From NCBI RefSeq assembly GCF_001194135.2, contig NC_069001.1, positions 23,455,528-23,519,527 of the forward strand: DNA of 64,000 nt. The letters are read 5' to 3'. This document shows, one piece after another, positions 11,401 to 25,172 of the stretch (position 1 is its first letter; each line of letters begins with the position of its first letter). This DNA comes from Octopus bimaculoides (Eukaryota). Made by a program: the position numbers and the translations under genes. The notes under the pieces were generated by a model. It worked only from the letters and a program-made list of their open reading frames with translations, was not told the origin of the DNA and searched no databases.

Positions 11401-13125
11401 GGTAACTAAGAAATGACCCTATCTAAAAACAACTGACTGAAATCATAGGCTAATGGTGGTGGTGGGGATGGAGTGGGGGGGGGCATCGACTTGAGAGAAA
11501 TAGCAGCTAAATTTCTTTCTTGCTGTTGTTCATCACATCCTACTACCTTTGAAAAGAAGGACAAATTAGTATTCCTAGTTTTACTATTGGTTAAAATAAG
11601 ATGTGATGATCATGGATGGAATGTCAGCAGCTGAACCTGGGCTGTGACTGAACAAGAATAACAAGCTTTGGAATGGTGGGTTCACATGCTATCAATTGTG
11701 TTTAAATCTCTCTGAAATCAAATAACTCTGTATATTCTTGTAAAAGGAAGGATAGACAGGAATAGGGATTCCTAGAAACACTCTCCCTGAAATGATGAGA
11801 TGTTAACATCTGCAGTGTCTTTAATCATTGGCTCCTAATGGCTGGGATGTGTTTGAAAGTCAGCTAGTAACAGTTGCAGTATCTTTAATCATAGATCTGC
11901 TCATTTAGGACTGACTTGGAGCATGGTACAGCTAACTTAAGAACAATGAGTTGTCTTGTTCCAGAAGCCAAGATGATGTTTAGTCTTAACATGTCCTGAG
12001 TGATAATTAATAATAAGTAATTAGAATTACACTCAGAATAATAATCAGTTCTGGATAAGAAAGATTGGGGAGACAACCTTGAAATTTTAAATAGTTAAAA
12101 ATAAAATCAGGATCATGTTGTAGGGAGTGAGTCTGATTTGGCAATATGATAGCAACTCTAGGTACTCATGCTGAGAAGAAATAATCATAAGATTAATGAT
12201 CAGTTCTGGATAAGAAAGACAAGGGAGATGACTCTGGTTAAAAATAACAACAGGACAATACAGTAGGAAGTGAGTCTGATTTGGCAATACAATAACAATT
12301 CTGGATACATTTTGATTTTATTTACCCTTTTACTGCAGAAATCAGATTTATTCTCTCAAAATTTCATTATTTTTATCTGCAAAGTGCAGTGTTATATACC
12401 AATCTATCTTTTGTTGAGGAATGCCATGTTTAGTATTTTCTGCAAGACACATTACCTCAATGAATTTGACACATTCCAGCAAAAAATAGCTTCAATTTAA
12501 TTTTTTTGGCAGATATTTAACACTATTACTGGAATAACCATAAAATGTAATTTCACATAAAAAGAGTTAAAACTTCTCAGAAAATATATTTCTTTACAAA
12601 TATGACTTCAGTTAGATATCTTTTATATTTTACCTTTTACTTGTTTCAGTCATTAGACATCAACCCTAACATTTGAATGATGGTCATGCCTGTTGATTTC
12701 AATGTATGAGTGTTTGAAGGAGAGGATTTACAGAAAAAAAATTTTAATAAAAAATGCTGAATTTATTTGCAATGGATGAATGAATGTAATTTGAATCTAG
12801 GTATGGATTTTTCTAAGAAGCCACAATGGGGACAATGAAGATATTGATTTTGCATGGGTTTGGACAAATGCATCTGTTGGTAGCAGGATATTATTCTTTT
12901 ATTGTTCTGCTTCTTCAACTCAAATTGTTTTGATGCATCTTGACACATTTTATCCCACTCAGAGAGATCCAGGCAATAACTTCACCAAAATGTCAAATTA
13001 ATTGTTAAAGTTAAAATTAGGATTGTAGAAGCAGGTGTTTATATATACTGATCACTCTTAGTGTTGCAAAAATAAAAAATAAAAATATAAAGAATAAAAG
13101 ATAAAATGATATGAAAAATAAAACA

Positions 13126-13168
13126 GGCTTTACTGAGGAGGCCTATCAAGACCAAAACATGTCAGTCG
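13126..13168 (+). ncRNA. Degenerate hammerhead-ribozyme-like motif
   Basis: CTGAGGA-ggcct atca agacc-AAAA(C) at GTC. G12 is replaced by A and stem I is weak. Confidence 0.3.
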
Positions 13169-13508
13169 ATTTTACTAAATGTCTTGAAATGAATTTAATG
13201 GTGTTATCTCTACTTGCTCATTGTTTTAATTTTTATACCATCAAGAGAAAGATTTTGCCAATTAATAGCATGGATAATTTTGGTTAATCAAGTTTTTCAA
13301 TAAACTGTAAATATATATATATATATATGCATTATTTTGAAGGATATTTTGCATTTTGCATCAATGAAGACATGTAAGAAATTTATTTATTAATAAATAT
13401 AATTAAGTAAATTAATTACATGTTTTAAAGTTATGAAACAATTTGTCATGATATTAGAATTTACTTATTGTTAGATAAAATTTCATTAAATTATTTGTCT
13501 GTCAACTT

Positions 13509-13543
<35 letters not shown>

Positions 13544-13821
13544 NNNNNNNNNNACATATTCAGAGAGAGAAAGAGAGAGAAATAACTGTCATAATCCATA
13601 AGTCAGATTATGTACTTGCATATTTATCAATAGAGTTGGTATATATTAATCAAAGTGTACAGTATTATATATACCCATTACAGCCACTCTTACTAATCAG
13701 TTTTGCTCTAGGTGTTCAACTGAGTGTTTGATATCAGCCTGATTATATAACCCTGTCTTGCTATCTTTGAAGATCAGCTGTAATGCATATACAATAGTGT
13801 ACATTTCGATTAATATATATA

Positions 13822-13869
<48 letters not shown>

Positions 13870-13873
<4 letters not shown>

Positions 13874-14000
13874 TGTCACCCCACCATTGCTTGACACCAA
13901 TGTTGGTATGTTTATATCTCTATAACTTGGTGGTTCGGCAAAGAGACTGATAAAATAAGTACTAGGCTTACAAAGCATAAGTCCTGAGGTTTATTTGTTT
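13870..14000 (+). mobile_element. SINE family A 3' half
   Basis: ttgcttgacaccaatgttggtatgtttatatctctataacttggtggttcggcaaagagactgataaaataagtactaggcttacaaag. Confidence 0.75.
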
Positions 14001-14067
14001 AATTAAATTTTATCAGTGGCCAGCATATAAAAGAGACCTATTAAGGTGAAATCATAAATACAATTAT

Positions 14068-14432
14068 GAGCAAGAATACTCAGAGAATGCAAACCTCTGC
14101 CAAGGCAACGCCAACATCCTCTCGATGATTAGCCAGAGACTTATTTTTAAAATGAGAATATCTGAAATAAACTCGACTGCTCTCACAAACAAGAAAACTA
14201 AAAATGAATCAGACCACTCTCAAAAATTAAGTAAAAAAACAGGAAAAATAATCCAGAATCCTTGTCTGGTACCAGATTGTTCTCAAAATCTAATCAGTTT
14301 GTGCCTATCATGAGACCAAACATCCTTGAAAGTTTCATCCGAATCTATCCAACGATTCTTGAGATATCTTGTCTATGGACAAACAAACACAACTAAAAAC
14401 AATACCTCCACCTTCGCTAAGGTGGAAGTAAT
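14068..14432 (+). mobile_element. Non-autonomous Helentron/Helitron-type interspersed element (HINE/DINE-like)
   Basis: 5' caagaatactcagagaatgcaaacctctgccaagg, internal aaagtttcatccgaatctatc, (caaa)n microsatellite, and 3' hairpin tacctccacctt-cgct-aaggtggaagta. Family assignment is from recalled architecture. Confidence 0.65.
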
Positions 14433-14921
14433 AAGGGCATACAAAAGATTTTCTTTACCTTTATGCTGAAAATAGATGTTAAATCATCGAACATTGTTAA
14501 ACATCTTTGCTATTATTGCGCACGTGTCGAAACAAGGAAGCAAGCTAACAGAAATTCATAAAATTGAGTTATCCCTGGATTGGACCAATTTGTGGATTAA
14601 CCTAATAAGGGCTTTCCTTCATCAGCAGAGAACACAAGGAAATAAATGAAATACTTATACATACCCACAGAGAAGCAGACACAATGTCATGAATGCATAT
14701 AAGTACCTCAGCTATATCCAAATAGAAATTCCATAGCAAGCCCCGACACATGTGTAGCTAGTCAGGAATAGTATGTCAGTAGCTAAACTGTTCCGAAGTG
14801 AATGAGAAGGAATAGAAAAGGATAAAATTGCTAAAAATTTCATCAGTGGCCAGCATATTTAGCATCTATTTTCAGCATATAGGCAAAGAAAATTTTTTCT
14901 CTGCCTATATTTATAATTATA

Positions 14922-14957
<36 letters not shown>

Positions 14958-14967
14958 NNNNNNNNNN

Positions 14968-15009
<42 letters not shown>

Positions 15010-15350
15010 CATATGAAAGAGGTCTTGTCATATTTGTATTTTGTCTCCTGAATACAACCTCTAGGTATTTCCCTTTGGTCTTCTTGTCTATTATATAATT
15101 ATCTTGTGTTTTAAGAATCAATGTTCCAACATATTTGCCTGCGAGTGCTTCAATACTTATGGAGTGCAGAATTGGTATTGCATTGAAATGCTAGATGGGA
15201 AACATTTCTAGATAATGATATTTTGTTGAATGATGTTAACAATACTATAATGGCTAAAGTGGTATTAAAAGTGAAATGGTATTAGAGTGAAATAAACAAC
15301 AATGAGAATGAATTAATACTATATAAGGATATATTTCTTGTGCAGAATTT

Positions 15351-15383
<33 letters not shown>

Positions 15384-15410
15384 ATGTATACTTATAAATA
15401 TATTTATGAG

Positions 15411-15476
<66 letters not shown>

Positions 15477-15562
15477 NNNNNNNNNNTGTGTGTATATATA
15501 TATATATATATATATACATACATATATACATTTATATACACAAATTTATATGCATAAATATG

Positions 15563-15605
<43 letters not shown>

Positions 15606-15644
15606 TATAGGTACATATATGTAGCTGTTCCTCTCTCTCTCTCA

Positions 15645-15692
<48 letters not shown>

Positions 15693-15904
15693 ATGTATGT
15701 ATGTGTGTATGTATATATGTATGTATGTATGTATATCTTATGGCACAGAACTATATTGCGTGTGAGGTTTCTTTGGTGGTTAAACATGCATGTGTTGTTC
15801 TGTTGAATATTAACTCACGAAATTGTTATATAGCAAGACTAGAAATATTCTCTTATGTAGAACCAATTATTTCCTATGTTCTGCCATGTGTTATGTAATT
15901 AGGA

Positions 15905-16075
15905 ATTACAATGACGATGACAACAGCAACAACAATAACAACAACAACAGTAACAGTAACAATAACAGCAAGCATTAAATGCCTGATTTGCTGACAGATC
16001 TTTCAACAGCTTTAACATTGAAATGAACACTACTACAGCTGCTGTTGCCACTGCTACTATTTCTACTACTACTAT

Positions 16076-16106
<31 letters not shown>

Positions 16107-16132
16107 GCTAAGAAGTAATTCACTATATATGT

Positions 16133-16195
<63 letters not shown>
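15905..16195. repeat. (CAA)n, (CTA)n and (TA)n microsatellites
   Basis: Direct inspection. Confidence 0.9.
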
Positions 16196-16197
<2 letters not shown>

Positions 16198-16202
16198 GTA
16201 TG

Positions 16203-16699
16203 TATCTGTAAATATTATATGTGACAATTATTCGGTAGCCATGATAAAACTCCGAGTTTCAGATGTCGGGGCGGAAACCCACTCTAGCATCTCTTCAGTT
16301 ATCGGGCCATCGAAAAAATGCTATGAAAATGACTGTTAAACAAAGGGAAATGAAATAACTGTGTGATTGACCGTTATTAAGACAAATGAGTTATTAGAAT
16401 GACCGCTAATTAGGGAAGGGAGTAAAGGTAAGAGAGTAAAAATGTTCATAGTAATTGCGTAAGCGAGCATGTCCATACATACAAATGCACGCCCGCACAC
16501 CCACATACATGCACCTATATGTATATAATCATCCACCCTCACTTGAAACACACATGCTCACACACACATTCGCCAAAAAATATATACATACTTGCATACA
16601 TGTTCGCACGCACACATGCACAAAAAAGGTTCGTACACACATCTTTTTTTAGTTTTATCATGGCTACTGAATAATTGTCACATATTATATTTACAGATA
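16203..16699 (-). mobile_element. Hammerhead-bearing non-coding element (Penelope-like pLTR or retrozyme candidate), copy 1, with 49 bp inverted terminal repeat
   Basis: Reverse-complement similarity to about 50400-50828. 16203-16251 and 16651-16699 are inverted repeats (47/49 identical by hand). Confidence 0.65.
16238..16307 (-). ncRNA. Type I minimal hammerhead ribozyme motif
   Basis: Minus strand reads gcccgataa-CTGAAGA-gatg...catc t-GAAA-ctc g gag-TT-ttatcatggc. Predicted GUU cleavage falls between 16248 and 16247. Confidence 0.6.
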
Positions 16700-17596
16700 A
16701 ATTCCTCTATTTACATAATATCGAGGTTTCTTTCATTCTTTTGTTGTCTTGCCATTTCTATCAATANNNNNNNNNNNNNNNNNNNNNNNNNNNNNNNNNN
16801 NNNNNNNNNNNNNNNNNNNNNNNNNNNNNNNNNNNNNNNNNNNNNNNNNNNNNNNNNNNNNNNNNNNNNNNNNNNNNNNNNNNNNNNNNNNNNNNNNNNN
16901 NNNNNNNNNNNNNNNNNNNNNNNNNNNNNNNNNNNNNNNNNNNNNNNNNNNNNNNNNNNNNNNNNNNNNNNNNNNNNNNNNNNNNNNNNNNNNNNNNNNN
17001 NNNNNNNNNNNNNNNNNNNNNNNNNNNNNNNNNNNNNNNNNNNNNNNNNNNNNNNNNNNNNNNNNNNNNNNNNNNNNNNNNNNNNNNNNNNNNNNNNNNN
17101 NNNNNNNNNNNNNNNNNNNNNNNNNNNNNNNNNNNNNNNNNNNNNNNNNNNNNNNNNNNNNNNNNNNNNNNNNNNNNNNNNNNNNNNNNNNNNNNNNNNN
17201 NNNNNNNNNNNNNNNNNNNNNNNNNNNNNNNNNNNNNNNNNNNNNNNNNNNNNNNNNNNNNNNNNNNNNNNNNNNNNNNNNNNNNNNNNNNNNNNNNNNN
17301 NNNNNNNNNNNNNNNNNNNNNNNNNNNNNNNNNNNNNNNNNNNNNNNNNNNNNNNNNNNNNNNNNNNNNNNNNNNNNNNNNNNNNNNNNNNNNNNNNNNN
17401 NNNNNNNNNNNNNNNNNNNNNNNNNNNNNNNNNNNNNNNNNNNNNNNNNNNNNNNNNNNNNNNNNNNNNNNNNNNNNNNNNNNNNNNNNNNNNNNNNNNN
17501 NNNNNNNNNNNNNNNNNNNNNNNNNNNNNNNNNNNNNNNNNNNNNNNNNNNNNNNNNNNNNNNNNNNNNNNNNNNNNNNNNNNNNNNNNNNNNNNN

Positions 17597-17634
<38 letters not shown>

Positions 17635-17649
<15 letters not shown>

Positions 17650-17859
17650 CTTTGTGCATGTGTTTGTCACCCCAACATTGCTGGGCAACCAATGCTGGTG
17701 TTTTGCATCCTCATAATATAGCAGTTCAGCAAAAGAGATTGATAGAATAAGTACTAGGCTTACAAAGAATAAGTCTAGGAGTCGATTTATTTGACTAAAA
17801 AAACTTTTTAAGGTGGTGCTCCAGCATGACGACAGTTAAATGACTGAAACGAGTAAAAG

Positions 17860-17862
<3 letters not shown>
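17635..17862 (+). mobile_element. SINE family A 3' half
   Basis: agttcagcaaaagagattgatagaataagtactaggcttacaaagaataag...ggtggtgctccagcatgacgacagttaaatgactgaaacgagtaaaag. Confidence 0.8.
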
Positions 17863-17896
<34 letters not shown>

Positions 17897-17911
17897 TATA
17901 TGCACACATAC

Positions 17912-17942
<31 letters not shown>

Positions 17943-17946
17943 TGTG

Positions 17947-18776
17947 AATTTATAAAACAAGATGATGGAATTAACAGGTTTTAATCACTAGACCAATTGT
18001 TTCTGTGCGAATTGATTACTATTACATAAAATGTTATATTAATAACGACATAGATAAATATGATCCAATAGCAGTGGTCTATCAGAATGGCATCAGGTGA
18101 ATGGTTTTGATAGCATTGTTAGATCACATTCTGTTTCCCATTGTTTTATACCCTGTTGTATATTCCGCATTCTCTCTATACTGAGTAACTTATAGATTCA
18201 AATAGCTGTATGTCATAAAAATACTCAATGACAAGTAAAGAGCAAAAAATATATATTACAAAACAAATAAACCAGAATTAGTCAAAGGAAATAAAAATCA
18301 GAAGTATAAATATAAATCAACTGAAGCTAAAATTCTGCCTTTTTTTCATATATTGTATCATAACCATTTTTAGTTTTGGTTAATTTTTATTTATATTTTT
18401 TATTTTTATTTCCATTGACTAATTTTCGACTATTTATTTTGAAATTTATATCTTTTAGTTTTTACTGCCATTACTTCATTTCGTATTTTTATGACTTATG
18501 TCTATTTGAATCTATAAGTTACTCAGTATAAAGAGAAGGCTGAATATACCATAGAGTATAAAACAATGGGGAACTGAACATGATCCAGCAATGTAAACCA
18601 CTCACCTAATGAAGTGCTAGCATGCAGCTGCTGCTGGATCATATTTATCTAATTATGTATGAAATATTTTATGTAATAATATGGAAAACTCAGCAACAGC
18701 TGTTACCATTGTACAGAAACAATTGTTGTGATTTGTGATTAAAGCCTGTTCATTGCATCTTCTTGTTTTATAAATT
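17947..18776. mobile_element. About 830 bp fold-back (palindromic) element, MITE-like
   Basis: The arms match as reverse complements along their length: aatttataaaacaaga.../...tcttgttttataaatt, tagataaatatgatcc/ggatcatatttatcta, and tatactgagtaacttatagattcaaatag/ctatttgaatctataagttactcagtata. Confidence 0.8.
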
Positions 18777-19220
18777 TTTATATAAATTCTGCATACACCA
18801 GGGAAGTTCCACCTGTATAAAAGGAATAACCCTGCTGTATGATGGCATATGGTAGCCAATAACTGCACAGGAGCTTTGAAATGCATATTTTGAGGTTATT
18901 ACCCAGATGATATTAAATAAATATATTGGAGAGTGACTGCTACTGCTAACATAATGCTGAGGAATTTGAATGGCTTAATGGAACCTGTATAACTAGACAT
19001 TACCTAGATTGATTCTCTTGTGAGGATGGGCATTTGAACCTGAAATATAAAGTTTTTTGTGAAACTTTTCACATTGTCAGAAGTTTTCCTATTTTCCATT
19101 TTTCCCTTCTTCGGTATTACAATGCTTAAAATGAACTACAATGCTCTTTCATATATATNNNNNNNNNNNNNNNNNNNNNNNNNNNNNNNNNNNNNNNNNN
19201 NNNNNNNNNNNNNNNNNNNN

Positions 19221-19600
19221 AGTGGCGTCTCCAAACCTCTTTCTTTGCAGCCTCGTTTAGTGCAAGTGTACCATCATCGATGCGATCACATTTCTCACCC
19301 ACGACTCCACGATTCTCTCTCACACACTGTCTTGCAACACGAAATACCTCAAGACCTTGGTTCTCATGGTGCAGAACATTGGCAAATTTTTTCTTATCTG
19401 CTTCCCCTCTGGCTAAATAAACCTGTCACCTAGCTTCCCTTCTGGCAGTCTGATACAATTCCCTGCTACCACCGTTCTTCCAGGCCTGTTTCTTTTGTCT
19501 AATAGCCCTGTCAACCACATTGTTCCACCACCACGTTATTTTGGGTCAAGAGGGGACTTTGCACTATCCACAGACCTGAAGAAATAAATCTGCTCAATCA
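19221..19600 (-). mobile_element. RTE-clade LINE ORF fragment (linker upstream of RT)
   Basis: Minus translation gives TWWWNNVVDRAIRQKKQAWK...VFRVARQCVRENRGVVGEKC..IDDGTLALNEAAKKEVWRRH. It is cut by an N-gap. Confidence 0.8.
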
Positions 19601-20114
19601 AAGCTAACCCGGAGCCAAACAACAACAACAAAACCACTATATTACAATTACTGCTACCACTGCTGCCACCTAGGATAGTGGACTGATGGGACCATTAAAG
19701 CATTGGAATGGATAGTTTGCAGTATTTGCTTTGAAGCCTGAATTCAAATTTCATAGGGAACTCAATGGGTGGTTTAACATCATACAGCTTGGCCCTTGGG
19801 TGTGGGTTTAGTGAAACCTCTCCTAACTTTTTCAGGAATTCAGCCCATATTTCTGAAACAGGAAAGCTTTTTCTTACCCACACCCACCATTACTCAAAGC
19901 TCTGAAAAGTGTCATGAACATTGTCCTTCCCAGAATAAGCTATACAAAATGCAGGTTTAACATTTGCCATTTCATATTTATTTGTACACTGTCTATCTAG
20001 GACTACATTATGCAATATGTCCTTCCCTCTTTTTAACATACTAAGGTGTCTTTTAAAGGAAAATATGTTTGCTGTATTTAGCAGGGTAAAAAAAAAAAGG
20101 TAAAGACCCTATTT

Positions 20115-20432
20115 AGTCATGAATGACTATGGGTTTGCTCCTAGAAAGTTACCCTCTGAGGCACTAGTCTGGGCAAGATTGTTTATGGAAGACCATCAGT
20201 CGCCCATGCATACCAACCTCCTGTCTCCACAACTTCAATGTTATCCAAGAGGAAGGCAAAGGTTGATACAGTTTGGCACCAGTGACATCACAACTCATTT
20301 CTATAGCTGAGTGAACTGGAGCAACATGAAATAAAGTGCCTTGCTCAAGAACACAATACACAGCCCAGTCTGGGAATTGAATTCACTACCTCGTGACTGT
20401 GAGCTCGATGCACTAACCACTGAGCCATGCAT
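20115..20432 (-). mobile_element. SINE family C copy
   Basis: gaaataaagtgccttgctcaagaacacaa...gggaattgaattcactacctcgtgactgtgagctcgatgcactaaccactgagccatgc. Closely similar to 54392-54668. Confidence 0.8.
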
Positions 20433-21019
20433 GTTCATTTTGCAGGATAAGTACACATGTAATGGCTATCTTGCTGGCTTGGATTAATACAGTTTAAGGG
20501 ACGGTTATACTGTATTGATTAAAGTCTCATAGAGCATTTGGACTTACTTCATTGACCCTAGATGGATTAAAACCAAACTGGCCTCACTAAAACATCAACT
20601 CAATGTGTAAATATGAATAGAATGATGTATGATTTTTAAGAGCAACTCACACTTGCTTGTCCCCTACCAACTCTCCCCTGTGATAAATTCCCCCAGCTTT
20701 TCTGTACCACTCTTGACCTGAGCAGCCAACTCAGGTACCATAGTGAAACTTCTAACTTTTTCAGGAATTCAGCCCATATTTCATCAGGATGAAGAGGCTC
20801 AATCACTTGCTACAAATTAACTACTCAGATACGAGTTAATGCCATTGGGTCCTGAACAAATTTACTGGTTAAACATTCCCTTATAGGCCTCGCCCTCCTC
20901 CACGCCCATCCACCCCCTGCCACACATACTTTTCTCACTTTTTATAGTGTACATCTTACAATTGTTTTCCTGTTACGTATAGAATTTTCTGTCCCACTTC
21001 TTATAGATTCTTAAAATGA

Positions 21020-23010
<1,991 letters not shown>

Positions 23011-23360
23011 AATTGTAAAAATAGAAAACCTACAAAGTAATTACTGTTTTCAGTACAACATCAAAACACTAACTTGAGGAGACCGAAATGCAATTATTTG
23101 ATCTATTTCTTGATGAAATCATACAGAATACTGATTCCAGTCTGTAGAATTTGCCTTTCTGTTTATCAATAAAATTTTTGCTAGCCAAAATTTTAAAGTA
23201 ATATTGATTCACACATAATGAATATTTTGATGTTGAATTTCCGAGGCCAAAGTAAACGAAATGGTTAACCGAAATAGAGTCATGGCTTGTAATTTCATTT
23301 TATATCAAATATCTTAACAGATACCATACAAATTTGAAATATATATATATATTTATGTAT

Positions 23361-23407
<47 letters not shown>

Positions 23408-23439
23408 ATGATGATGATATATATGATCTGTGTCTGTTT

Positions 23440-23530
23440 TTTGAATTTCTCACCAATAGAAACAGAGCCGGTTTCTAACCCTGAAACAAAGTTGTTTTAT
23501 TGGAATTTAGACATCAACTGCAAAAAGTGT
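23440..23530 (-). mobile_element. 3' UTR fragment of the R4/Dong-like LINE family
   Basis: ccaatagaaacagagccggtttctaacc...ttattggaatttagacatcaac resembles 28418-28485. Confidence 0.6.
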
Positions 23531-24269
23531 TTGCGTGTTTATATGTGTGTTTGCACATATGCATATATGTATGTAAGCATATATATATGTAAGCATATAT
23601 ACATATATATGTAAGTACATATATATATATATATGTAAGTACATATATATATATATATGTAAGCACATATATATATATATATATATATATATGTTTATAT
23701 ATAAGCATGTGTTTATGTGTGTGTGTGTATATATATATACATATATATATATATAGAGAGAGAGAGAGAGGGAGATACACACACACATATATATATATAT
23801 GTATATATAGATATGTAGATAGATAGATAGATGTGAGTCATGAAATGAAGTTAGGTCTTGTAAAGAGAACATAAGCTTTAATAATCAAATAAAACATACC
23901 GACCAACACATTTCATGGGTTCATCTCTAAGTCTTGACTTATCGATCCATACACATATCTTTGCATATCTACACATGTGTATATACATTTACAAAATACT
24001 AAACTTCTGTAATGCTTCACAATTAATCACCATAGCTTAAATGGTTTTTGTCGCTATTATTTTCTAGTGTGCCATGTCTGTTCTGGTTTTGTGAAGTCCA
24101 GGTTCTCCATATTGGAACTTAGGGCGTTAGACCTCCAAATGAGCAATTAGGTTATTTGTGTATAAATTGAAAGTGTGCAGTGATTGCAGATTTTAATTAG
24201 TTTGATTGGGGTGTTGACTGATTTGTTATCAATTTGATATAGAGAGTTGCCTTTTCTCAATCTTTTATT

Positions 24270-24473
24270 CTTTTACCTTTTACTTGTTTCAGTCATTAGA
24301 CCGTGCCATGCTGGGGCACTGCCTCAAAGAATTTTTAGCTGAATGAATCAACCTCAGTACATCTTTTTAAGCCTGTTACTTATTCTATCAATCTCTTTTG
24401 GTGAACTGCTAAGTTACCAGGATGTAAATACCAACACCAGTTGTCAAGCAGTGGTGGGGGAAAACACAGACAC

Positions 24474-24480
<7 letters not shown>
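24270..24480 (-). mobile_element. SINE family A 3' half
   Basis: ttttacttgtttcagtcattagaccgtgccatgctggggcactgcc... Confidence 0.75.
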
Positions 24481-24507
<27 letters not shown>

Positions 24508-24514
24508 ACACACA

Positions 24515-24982
24515 CGCCAAGTGAGATTGTAGTTGTGGCCAATGCTAGTGTCATGTAGCTGGCACACAAAAAGCCACCTTCAAATGTTGGTTGATATGCT
24601 GTGCTTGAGAAGACCTGTCAAGCCAAGTGAAATTGTAGTTGTGGCTGATGCCAGAGCCTTCTGACTGCTACCCGTGCCAGTGGCATGTAAAAAGTACCGT
24701 TCGAGCATTGGACTTCACAGATGCAGTGACAGGTGACTGAGACCTTTGGTGATATACTGTGCTTGTGTAGACCTTTTAAGCCAACTGAGATCGTAGACAT
24801 GGCTACATAACTGCCAGTGGCACATAAAAAGCAACTGCTACACTCTTGGAGTACTTGATGTTGGGGAGGGCATCTGATCATAGAAACCCTGCCAAATCAG
24901 ATTAGAACCTGGTGCAGCTCCCTGGCTTACCAACTTTTGGTCAGACTGACCAATCCATGCCAGCATGGAAAATGGATGTTAA

Positions 24983-25012
<30 letters not shown>
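24515..25012 (+). mobile_element. Family B / RTE 3' UTR copy with internal tandem units
   Basis: ccaagtgagattgtagttgtggc recurs at about 24517, 24623 and 24781. It ends ggaaaatggatgttaaatgatgatgatg. Confidence 0.75.
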
Positions 25013-25013
<1 letters not shown>

Positions 25014-25014
25014 C

Positions 25015-25172
25015 AATAGACTTCTTTCAGTTTCCATCTACCAAATCCACTCACAAGGATTTGGTTGGCCCAAGTTTATAGTAGAAAACACTTGCCCAAG
25101 GGGCCACGCAGCATGACTGAACCCAGAACCATGTGGTTGGAATGCAAGCTTCTTACCACACAGTCATGCCTG
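25015..25172 (-). mobile_element. SINE family A 5' half
   Basis: cttctttcagtttccatctaccaaatccactcacaagg...gaacccagaaccatgtgg. Confidence 0.8.

Noticed and set aside
16592-17750. Long ORFs of 200-390 aa spanning N-runs (also at 25.2, 31.1, 35.5, 50.8, 55.5 and 57.1 kb)
   Set aside because: The length comes from X residues across assembly gaps, so they are artefacts.
18565-18650. Apparent minus-strand mini-exon with strong GTGAGT donor (INMIQQQLHASTSL)
   Set aside because: It lies in the right arm of the 830 bp fold-back element, and the mirror arm is not coding.
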